A DNA stretch of 64,000 nucleotides from Ptychomitrium polyphyllum (taxonomy: Eukaryota): assembly GCA_973851085.1 (NCBI GenBank), contig OZ316776.1:10664001-10728000 (forward strand). The letters are read 5' to 3'. Shown piece after piece: positions 44,615-55,499 of the stretch. The notes beneath the pieces are model-generated. The model did no database searches, had not been told where the DNA came from, and worked only from the letters and a program-made list of their open reading frames with translations. Each line of letters opens with the position of its first letter. Position 1 is the stretch's first letter. Made by a program: the position numbers and the translations under genes.

Positions 44615-45073
44615 TCACATTTCTACAAATTCCAAAATTTGTCGAAGGAGTGAAGCAACATACTCTGCTCGTTGTTCTTTATTCATTGGTTCAACTGGTC
44701 CTTGCAAGAAGCACCAATGACCACCAGCCAAGACTTCTATTGTTGAAATGTCCCATCCCAAGATCTGATCTTGATTGAGTCCTTCAAAACATCCTCCAAA
44801 CAAGATTTTCGGTCCTCCAGGAATGACTCTTCCAATTTCTAACAAGATGACTAGAGCGCGAGCATCTGAATCAAGACTGGAATGTGAAGGGCGACTAATC
44901 AATACTTTTGCACGAGGTCGTACTCGACGTTGGGATGTCCCTCTCATATCTTGACTTAGATCCTCTGTTAGCGAGGGCTGAGAAAGTTGAGTTGGTTCAA
45001 CAGATGCTGTTGTTGATGAAGGCATGGCCGACTGCTCTTCACGCATATCCATGATAACACGAAGATTTGACAT
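44615..45073 (-). CDS. Extra ORF of unknown function between chromodomain and PPT of the gypsy element (152 aa from ATG)
   Basis: Stop-free MSNLRVIMD...LLRQILEFVEM* ends ~45 nt before the PPT. Homologous decayed sequence at ~63200-63390. Confidence 0.5.
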   Translation of the reverse strand: MSNLRVIMDMREEQSAMPSSTTASVEPTQLSQPSLTEDLSQDMRGTSQRRVRPRAKVLISRPSHSSLDSDARALVILLEIGRVIPGGPKILFGGCFEGLNQDQILGWDISTIEVLAGGHWCFLQGPVEPMNKEQRAEYVASLLRQILEFVEM

Positions 45074-45213
45074 ACTGGCTAGGATCTGGAAATGATCTAT
45101 CTTAGAAATAATGCTACATACACTTGGAGATTTGGATATCTCTCCTCCCTTCTTATACTTATCTATGAAGGAAAAGCTTCTCTGTGAAGCTAACGGCTGC
45201 TGATGACACATCA

Positions 45214-48200
45214 TCACTGACCTGGTTTTTGAAGATATCTTTGATGAAATTTGCGTACCTTCTCGGATGATTTTGTTACATTCGTTGAAGGTTCCCATGT
45301 TCAATCATTGATGCCATATCCTTGCCAATGTATAAGGTACTCTACACGTCCGTTCTTGATGCGTGAATCTAAGATTTCTTCCACTTCATATTCAATTTTA
45401 TTATTGATATCCAACGGAAGAGGCGGAGGGACAATTCTCTCTCGTATACATGATTTGTTATAGGTTTCCAACAACGATACATGGCATACTTGATGAATTT
45501 GCATGCTTGGTGGTAGCTTTAAGCGATAACTTACCGGATTTATTTGTTTGCTGATTTCAAACGGTTCCAGCCTTTGATAGTCCAATTTCTTTGATGGTCT
45601 TTTTATTTGTATATTTTGTCGTAGGAGCCATACATTATCTCCAACCTTGAACTTTGGATGGTTTTTTTGATGGTGATCTGCATAAGTTTTGTAACAATCT
45701 TGAGCTTGTTGTAACTGGAAGGTAATTTCTTGATGGATTTTAGCAAGTTGATTTGCAAAATCCTCTGCTGCGGGACTTCCAACATGCTTCACTTGAAATG
45801 GATCTGTTTGAGGATGATGGCCATAGTTTGCAAAGAATGGACTTTGAATTGTTGAAGAATGCACCGTACTGTTGTAAGCAAATTCTGCCAAAGGCAAGAG
45901 GTCCATCCAATTGTCTTGCTGGTAGTTTATGCTACAACAAAGGTATTGCTCCAAAATTTGATTCACACGTTCGGTTTGGCCATTAGTTTGCGGATGGTGT
46001 GTTGAAGAAAGATTGATCTTTACACGCAACGGCTGGAATAGAGCCCTCCAAAAGTTGGAAATGAACTGCGGTCCCCGATCGGATATAATATCATTTGGTA
46101 ATCCATGTATGTGATAGACGTGATTTAAGAACAACTTGGTAGTTTCTTCTCCCGTTACCGTCTTGTTGGATGGAATGAAATGTGCCATTTTGGTAAATCG
46201 ATCCAGTACTACCAAAATAGAATCTTTAGAATCGGAATTTGGAAGGTCCGTGATAAAATCCATTGACAAAGACAACCATGGGCCCTTGGCACTGGAAGCG
46301 GATGGAGGAGACCATGAGGTTGGTGCCTTGGTACCTTGGCTCTTGCACAAGTGTCGCATGATCAAATAAAGTCCTTCACGTACTTCCACATTTGTGGCCA
46401 CCAATAGTCTCTTGCAATCAACTCCATTGTTTTATGGAATCCAAAATGTCCTGCTGCTGGAAAATCATGACGTGCTTGAAGGATCTTCAATCACAAAGGG
46501 CCTGGAGGTAGGTACAAAAGTCCTTTATAATAAAGTAGGCCCTCTTGGAATTCAAAGTCCTCATTGCTATTTGAAAGATCTCCATTGTCTTTGAGGCGCT
46601 TCTTTATATTTGAAACAAAAACGTCATTCTTCAAAGCGTTCCGAATTTCGTCAAGATGGGATGTTGTCGTAATAATCGTTGCTTTCAATTGAAGATTCTC
46701 TGGTTTCAATAAAATAGTCCTTTGTTGATTCAAAACATCATCTCCAGGTTGAGGAGCTAAATAAGATCTTCAAAATAAGGCATCTGGCTTACCTTGCAAG
46801 TTACCAGATCGATAGGTGGTGACAAAGTCAAATCTAGAAAGCGACATACTCCACCTTGCTTGACGGCGATTCAAAATGTGCGCACTCATGAAATACTCCA
46901 AGTTCTTGTGGTCTGTATATATTGTGATGGTATGTTGAGCTCCTTCCAATAAATGTTGCCATTCTTCAAATGCATCCACAATTGCAAGTAGATTGTAATC
47001 ATATATATCATAGTTGATCTCTGCCGCTGAGAACTTCCTTGAACGAAAGGCAAGAAGGTGAAGTCTTTAGTTTTCATCATATTGAGAGAGTACTGAACCA
47101 AGCGCAAAATCTGAGGCATCCGCTTCCAAATAAAAAGGCTTTGATGGATTTGGATGAATAAGAATTGGAGCCGACGTGAATGACTTCTTAAGACTTTGAA
47201 ATGCTTTTTCCGCTTCTTCATCCCAAATGAATTTTAGCTTCCCTGTAAGACATATTAATGATGCCGCAATCTTGGAATAATTCTTGATGAATATCTTGTA
47301 GAAATTTGCAAATCCCAAGAAGCATTGAACATCTCAAATTGATCTTGGTGTACTCCACTCCATAACAATGCTTATTTTTTTCTTATCCATATGGATTCCT
47401 CCTTTGGAAATGATGTAGCCTAAAAATTCGACCGATGATTCATGGAAAAGGTACTTCTCCAATTTGGCATATAATCCTCGCTGGCGTAGTTTTTCTAAGA
47501 CCATTCGCACATGACATTCGTGGTCTTGTTCATCCTTTGAATATATCAAAATATCATCTAAGTAGATGACTACAAAATCATCCAGATATTCATGGAAAAT
47601 ATCATTCATCATATGTTGAACGACTACGGGAGCATTAGTAAGGTCAAAAGGCATGACATTGTATTCAAAATGACCATACCTAGATCGAAAAGTTGTCTTC
47701 CATTCGTCTCCTTCTTTGATGCGTACAAGATTGTAGGCTCCTCTAAGATCAATTTTGGTGAATATCTTTGCTTGGCCAAGTTGTTGTAGGAGTCCTGAGA
47801 TTAATGGTAATGGATAGCGATTCTTTTTTGTTACTTTGTTGAGGCCTCGATAGTCCATGCACATACGTAATGATCCATCTTTCTTCTTTACAAATAGAAT
47901 GGGTGCTCCAGCAAGTAATTTAGAGTGTTGAATGAAACCCTTTCCAAGGTTTTCATCAATATATTCTCTCAAAGCAGCCAACTCAGTTTGTGATAAGTTA
48001 TAAATAGGTCCAAAAGGTGGTTGGGCTCCTTCTTGCAATTCAATGGTACAATTGTAGGGCCGGTGCTTTGATAACATGTCCGCATTCTTCTTCTCAAAAA
48101 CGTCTTTATAATCTTGATATTAACGAGGTATGTTTTTATTAGTCTCTATTGTAGGGCTAGACATTGGCGTGGCATAAATGGCATAGATTGGTTCATCCTT

Positions 48201-49717
48201 TGCCGCTCTCATAAATGCCTTAGCTCCAATAAATGATGGTCCAAGCTTTCTCGTACCTTGGCGTCTTTTCCTTGAGACCACACTCCGTGAGCACCAGTCA
48301 ATGTCTGGATTATGTAATTCAAACCAAGGAAGGCCCAAAACAATAGGATTCGTTTGGCATTGAATGATGTTGAAGACAATCTTAGATGCCTGGTCTCCTA
48401 AAACAACCTCCAATGGTTGAGTTTCTTCAATAACGTTGCCAGACGCAAGAGATCGTCCATCAATAACTTCAACAGGTGCGGGATATTTTTTCTTCACAAG
48501 CACCATGTGATGTTTGGTTGCAAAATCCTTGTCCATAAAACATGCCGTTGCACTAGTGTCTAAGAGAGCCTCACTAATTATTTCATCATCTAACAACTTA
48601 ATTTTAATAGGAAATATAAAACAAGAGGTAAGGTTTGAAGGTAGTAAGAGACCTTGATTTGATGGTCGTTTCCTTGTGGTGTCCAATCGCATGGTCCCTA
48701 CTGTGACTGGATAGCCTCGTTTTCCAACTCCACCATTGTGCTCTGAGCCTTGAAGGCAGATTCTTTGATTTGGCAATCGCGCACTTTATGTCCAGACTTG
48801 CCACAATACAAACATAGGTTTTCTCTTCGACGCCTTTCTTTTTCTTCTGGAGTCAAATGTCTGAACTGGGCAGCATCAATTTGCATAGGTTCTGGTCCTT
48901 GTGGTCGATTTTCCAATATTCTTGAAGAAGTGGTAGCCATGCTTTGATGTACTGTTTGCCATCCCAAGCGTTGTTCTTGGCGCCTCTCAAATAATTTGTT
49001 GTCACATGCTATTGCCTGAGTGATGAATTCGTCCAATGTTTCAATTCTTGGCATTGTTAGTAGCAAGTCCTTTACATTCTCTCTTAAGTCCCATCAAAAT
49101 CGTGTAACCAAGGCTTTATCATTCCAATCAAGGTCGCAAGCTAATTGCCGAAACTCTGCAGCATATGTAGCAGCTGAACGCTGCCCTTGTTGGAGACTCT
49201 GGATCCTTGTCTCAGCCACCCTCTTTCGGTCGGTGTCTCCAAAAGTAGATGTCAATGCTTCTATAAAAGCATCTAAGTTGTTCAATAATGGTGACTGCTT
49301 CTCCATTAGTGGTGCAAACCACGATAGTGCATTATTTGATAAAAGAATGGCCACAAATCCCACTTGAGTTGTGCCATCAGGATAGCGAGATTGATGCAAA
49401 CTAAGGAAGAGTCTTACTTGTTGAACAAAGCTTCTCAATTTTGATCTTGATCCATTGAACTTGTCTAGCATGCTAATCTTTGGCTCTGCGTGGGTTTGAC
49501 GGAAATCTGCTCTTCCAATATTGGCCTCTCGCAATCGAACAACCTCTTGATATAGGCTTTGAATATCACCATTGGATTCTTTAGTTTGTCAAGTATATTG
49601 CTCCAAATTGTTGGTGGTATTAAAACGGGCAAGTTCGGTTCGAACTGTGTTTAATAATTCTTGAAGGTTTGCAATAGTTGCAAAGCTATTCTCTGATGTT
49701 CCAGGCACGTTATCCAT
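45214..49717 (-). pseudogene. Gypsy gag and pol (PR-RT-RH-IN-chromodomain), disrupted
   Basis: Gag from ATG 49717 with PEPMQID and CLYCGKSGHKVRDC. Protease [25 protein letters not shown]. RNase [17 protein letters not shown]. Integrase MDFITDLP, SDRGPQF, QTNGQTERVNQ. Chromodomain EYEVEEILDSR...YLIHWQGY...*TWEP. Several stops and a frameshift near 46285. Confidence 0.95.
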
Positions 49718-50199
49718 TTCTTAAGACTCTCAAAGACAAAAAGACTATGAGTACCTTCAAAGGAGGAAATCCACGTCCTTTGAAAGAAGTAATACTTGGT
49801 TCTAGAAGGAGAAACCAATTCTATGGTGCCAACTTAGAGGAGGGTAATCTGCAACCTCTAAGACGCTATGGAATCCTAAAGAAGATGGGTAATCCACAAT
49901 CCTCTTCAAAGAACCTTAGCTCTGACAAAGATGAAAAGTAGTCTTGCCAAACTGTTAGGGGCACAAGAAACAAGAAGCAAAAACGAAGTGTTTTCCAAGA
50001 ATCAGCTTCCAAAGAACTAATGATTAACAAGAACTTGATACAAAGACTATAATAAGGCAGGATTCCAGATGATCGACAACTTGTGTTGGCAAGACTAAGG
50101 AATATCTTGTCTTGCCTCTTATTTAAACTATGACGTTTATATCTCCTAGGATATTTCTAAAGAAACTTCCTACGAGGCTTAAGAATGTTTTGGAAGTCT

Positions 50200-50490
50200 A
50201 GGGAACCTTTCCAAGAAGTTTCCTAAATTGTTGGAACCTTCCTAAGAGTCCTCCAAGGAATTGGAACCTTCTTTGGGAGGTTTCTAAAGAAGTAGAATCT
50301 TCCTAGGAGGTTTCTTAAGATGATGGAACCTTCCGTGGAAGTTTCCTAAGGTAGTGGAACCTTCCTAGGAAGTTTTCTAAAATGATGGAACCTTTGTAGG
50401 AAGTTTCCTAGGAAATTACCTAAGATGCTAGAACCTTTTTAAGAAGTTTTCTAAGGTGGAGGAACTTTCCTAGGAAGCTTCTCAAGAACA
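50200..50490. repeat. ~30-32-bp tandem repeats inside the gypsy LTR
   Basis: About 9 units of GGAACCTTCCTAGGAAGTTTCCTAAG-like sequence with a TTCCTAGGAA palindromic core. Also present in the 3' LTR on both sides of the copia insertion. Confidence 0.85.
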
Positions 50491-50596
50491 TGGAAAGACT
50501 ATGGAGACATCTAAAAGTATTCTAAGAAGCTATTATATATAGTAGAAGGTTCTAGAATGTTCTAAGGACTATGTTGCATGATCTATGTCCATGACA

Positions 50597-50914
50597 ATTA
50601 GAGGTATATGACTACAGTATGGTACAAAAGACAATGCCCAAAGGTCTGAGCTAGACCACAAGAGATGCGTTGTCGAGACTGAAGAGCTCTTCAGCCTCAA
50701 CTCTTGTATATACTGGAATCAGAAGCCTTTGAAGCTTCTTGAGAAACTTTGTCTACATTACTTTGTACTTAAGCAACCTTGAGTTGCTTCCTTGGGAAGT
50801 TTCTAGGCTGAAGTAACTTCTTTGGAAGCTTCTTAATCCAATGTATCTTCCTTGGAAGCTTCCTAAATCTTCTAAGAATCTGTTTGAATGCTTCTTATAT
50901 ATATGTCCGTGATA
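50597..50914 (-). mobile_element. Partial LTR of a second gypsy family
   Basis: Aligns with ~63484-63865 (ATTAGAGGTATA..CCACAAGAGATGCGTTGT..GACTGAAGAGCT..AAGCAACCTTGAG..ATGTCC.TGA). Its left part is missing. Confidence 0.85.
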
Positions 50915-51625
50915 GTTTGAGGCAATTACTTATTAGATTTATATATTTGTTGATGTCAAATAGTCCTAGCTTTAAATATTCCAAGTCTTTCAACGGTCTT
51001 TTTGTTTATGTATTTTGTCATGGAAACCATATGCTATTTCCAACCTAAAACTTTGGATGGCCCTTCCAATGACGATCTACATAAGTTTTGTACCAATTTC
51101 AAGCTTATTGTAACTAGAAAGCATGTTCTTGGTGGATTTTAGCAAATTGAGTTGTAAAATCCTCTACCACATGACTTCCAACATGCTCCACTTGAAATGG
51201 ATCCGTGCGAGGATAATGGCCATAGTTTGCAAAAAATAGACTTTGCGTTGTTGGAGAACGCATCGTATTATTATAAGTAAACTCTTCCAAAGGCAAGAGG
51301 TCCATCCAGTTGTTTTGTTAATATTTCATACTGCAACAAAGGTGTTGTTTCAAAATTTGATTCACGCATTTGGATTGACCATTAATCTATGGATGGTGTA
51401 TTGAAAAAACTTGAACTTTACACGCAATAGCTAGAATAGAGCCTTTCAAACATTACAGATAAATAACAGTTGTCAATTGGATACAATATCATTTTTAAAT
51501 TTGTGTATGTGGTAGATGTGATTTAGGAATAAGTTGGCAATTTCTTCTCTGTTACCATCTTATTGTGTAGAATAAAATGTTCCATCTTAATAAACCAATC
51601 TACCACTATGAAAATGAAGTCCTTA
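50915..51625 (-). pseudogene. Older, decayed gypsy integrase fragment
   Basis: Homologous to ~45515-46240 (MDLLPL.EF.YN....S.T.QS.FFANYG.HP.TDPFQV). Confidence 0.85.
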
Positions 51626-51626
51626 A

Positions 51627-52480
51627 TATGAGCTATGAAATTAGCACTTTATGGTGTTTTCTCTTAAAAATTGCAAAAAAATAATATTTGTAGATAGAAT
51701 TAGGCCTAATTAAAGCCAAAGGGCCAAATTAAGGATGTTGTTGATTTTTAAAGAGAGTTTAATGTAATTTGAGCAGATGCTTATGGCTTATGATGGTTAA
51801 ATCCAATAAATAAGGAGAATTAGAGAAAGAGGAATAAGTTTCTAAAATTAGACAAGTAAGAAGTGAGGTAATTAGGTAAGGAGTTACTATTGATTAGAAT
51901 ATTAGCTACAATGAAAATAACAGCTGAAGCTTAGAAATAGTAGCTAAATTTAGGTTGATAGATAAAAATAGAACAATATCTAAATTTTGACTAGCTGCTA
52001 AAATTTGGAAATCATCTGAAGATAGAATAGCGGCTAAATTTATAAGGACTGCTAAAATCTAGAAAAATAGCTAAATTTAAAATATCATCTAAATTTAGTA
52101 TAGTAGCTAAAATTTAGGAATATAGATAAATTTAGAATAGTAGCTATATTTAAGTTAATAGCTAAAATCTAGAAAATCAGCTAAATATATATATCAGAGC
52201 TAAATTTAGAGTAGCAGTTACATTTAAAAAAAAATCAAAGTATGGATTAAGGTCAAGTGTCCTAGAAATTTCAGCAACCAATGGAAATGGAGTAGAGAAG
52301 TGTGGTACCCTATAAAATGGAGGAGAAGGCAAGCAAAGACACACTTAACACTTAGTAATTTTCAAGCAAGTTTAGTTGCAAGTGCATATTTAGTTTTAGC
52401 AAGAGAAGTTTGTTGAAAAGCAAAGAGAGTTAGGTTTTGAAGTTAGGGTTTGAAGTTAGGGATTTTAGCAAATTGTAAAT
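51627..52480. repeat. Old dispersed repeat, inverted homologue of 37190-38090
   Basis: Tandem ~19-bp GCTAAATTTAGAATAGTA-like units at 51900-52230, plus a flank matching the reverse complement of 37190-37360. Confidence 0.55.
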
Positions 52481-55400
52481 GCAAATTGTCAGAGCCAACA
52501 AAACAGACATTCAGCCATAACTAGATTTTGTCCAATAGTCTTAGATTTGGGACTGAGTTATGCTGATCAGAAGGTGAAAGGTGGAAAAGGTGAGTTTTTC
52601 AAAATCTTGCAACTAGAGAGCTCATCAAACTCTTATATCCAGACGGACAAACTTCCACCTGTGGTAAGACGTAGAACCAGCTTGGATGTGATCAGAAATT
52701 TCTCATTGTCACCAGTGACCAGTATCTCTTGGCCTACCTTGGCACTGATACTCTAGGCACAGCGCCAAGCACATCATGAACCATTGATATTCATCGTTGT
52801 GCGATGCATGCTACCATTCACTTTCAATCCCTGGCTGGATAAGCACTGTGGTCAGAAGCCCTCTTTATTCCTTGTTCCGTCCCTTACAGGAGAAGAATTT
52901 GTGCCATATTTATAAAAAATCAGGAATATGATTGGTCAAATTTTCAAGTTTTTTTGTAAGGTTTTAGGGCTTGTCTTGTTACTTATGGAAGGAGCAATTT
53001 GAAAATAGATGAAAAGGTGAGATGGGTGCCTACATGACAACAATTTTAGCAAGAGAGTCCTCTTGTGTTGAGTATTGTTATGAATAATTTTGGAACAACA
53101 ATCCAAAAAATGGTCCATTGGAAAAGGGTTTTTTCATCTTAATCATTTTATCATCTTTTCATTTTTGCATGTGACTTGTCTTATGCCTAAAATATTCATG
53201 TCTTGGATTAGAATTTTTGCTTGTTCCTATGCTTACAAAACAAGTTATGGGCGGCCCTTCATAATAAATGATCACTTCCATAACATGTAGCCACAAATAT
53301 ATTGGTATTGCATTTTTTTAATGTTGCAAAATTGGCAATGCAATAATAATGCAACTAAATACAATGCACATTGGAGATCCTTAATGAATGGCCAACCTCA
53401 AAATCCAAGCTTATGTCCATGTCATTTTCACTGTTCACAAACAATACTTTTTGAACCATGATTGATTGCCTTTAAACATTAAACTCTTCATAATTGTAAT
53501 GTGGATTTTTCCAAAAGCAATCAATTGGAAAGTCTAACATTACTATAATGGGATGACAAAATTAGTGTTGCCTTTCTTCAATATCTTCTTTTAATATATA
53601 ATTAAAAAGAAGAAATATAAAGTTCTTGTGATTTACAAATTGAAATAAATTCTTATACAAATATGATTATTAATGCCATCTTTAGTTCTAAAGAATAAAT
53701 ATTCCATTTATACTAATTTTATTAAAAAAAATTGTCAGTTTGTATAGTAATAAATGAAAATTTATTATAGATGGATTTCATTAAAAGAAATTATAAATAT
53801 AGAACAAAATTTTTGGAAGAAATGTAAAAAAATGCATTTCTTCAATGCACACATTTTTTAGAAGAAATCTCAAAAACATTGTAGATTTGTGTAATGATAA
53901 GTTTAATTTTGAATATTCTAATTTTACTAAAATTAAAATTAAAGAATTGCATCTTATTCAAATTTGAACTACGAATTTTAAAGTGGTATTTTAGATCCCA
54001 AATTTTAGATGCTTCATTTTTTTGTCATGAATCAGACATGTGCTATTCCAATGAATAAAATATTTTTAAAAATGAAAATTAAAGAATCTACCATTTTTCA
54101 TCAATATTCCACCAAAAAAAATCATATCAATAAAAAATAATACGCTTACGTTATAAAAAATTACTAAAAATAATGTGCCTATTTTATAATTTATATCAAT
54201 AAAGAATAGGCATATTTCCATCAATATTCCACCAAAAATTACTCACAAATCAAATAAAACCACCATCATGTATTAATTCAACAAAATTTGTATACTTTTC
54301 TATATTTTGGCAAAAAACATCCTTAGATTTTTACTTTCTTGTAATTGTGGATTTTAAATGGCTTAAGAATATCTCGCAATTTCAAACATTGATTCATCTC
54401 TTTAGATAACAAGCTCCCATTGCTCTGGTATCTAGAGATGATACTTTCTTAAAAATTTTACATGCTTAATGAAATGAAGTTGCTTAAAAAAGGCTTTTTT
54501 AATGCAATTCAATTGTTAATCTTTGATGCATGCAAGTATTGGCAAAAATATGTAGAAGAATTTATAGTTTTTTGAAATTTTTCTTTAAAGATATAATTTT
54601 TGTCAAGTATGTACAATGCACAATTTTTAAAGATTCAAATTAATCAATAGCGTAATAAAGAAGTAGATGGTGATTTAAGATATTTTCAAGAATTATATTT
54701 ATGAGTGAACACACAACTTAAACATGGAACAAGCTATATTATAATATTGGATTTCAAAGTACTTTTACTTTGAAATATCATATTAATTTCAATATTTAAA
54801 ACAAAATTGTCAAAAACTATACATTCATTATGAAATCTTTATTTTCTATGCTTTTAAAAAAAATAAAAATTAACACTACTTGAAGTATCTATAACTTTTT
54901 AAATTGATGGTTTAAAGACAACCTACCATATCCAAGCATTATTATTGTATTGCATAAACCTTGATGAACATTACAAAAAAAGCACAATATTATTAGCCAT
55001 AGTTTGAAATAAAGAAAATAAATACAAGTGCACATATATAGTACCAATGAATACTTAGAACTAATAATTATTTACAATCTAGCTAAATGAAATTGGATAC
55101 TTTGAAAATAAAGACTTTAAAAAAATAATTAATTATATTGAAAGAAACAAATAGGTAGGACAAATAAAACATATTAACTAATGATTTGTTGGTTGTATTT
55201 AATAAAAGATTGCAACCAAAATTTTCAAAACTTCCTGCATTAACTATAAGATATTCTTGCAACCATTAAAATAATAATTCATAACAATTAATCAATATTA
55301 TCCTCTGACTAACAATGGATAAGAATATATTACAACAAACAATCTACATATGATAGATAATTAAGCCATAATTAAAATTTAAAATAAACATAAAATAAAG

Positions 55401-55499
55401 CATTAATTTGGAGAGGTGAAGCCTAATAAATACAAGGTGCCAGAAAATCTACCCATTTTGATCATTAATCTGCAACATCATTTTTAATGCTCCAATTTG

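Larger units (their letters stand above)
38442..50596 (-). mobile_element. Ty3/gypsy chromovirus LTR retrotransposon (degenerate; 3' LTR interrupted by copia)
   Basis: 5' LTR 49953-50596. 3' LTR 38442-38743 plus 44285-44559. Both read TGTTA..GACA on +. PPT at 44560-44570 (GGGGAGGTGA on -). Domain order gag-PR-RT-RH-IN-chromodomain. Confidence 0.95.

Noticed and set aside
54080..54240. Two copies of CATCAATATTCCACCAAAAA 120 bp apart
   Set aside because: Only two copies in very AT-rich decayed DNA; no functional indication.
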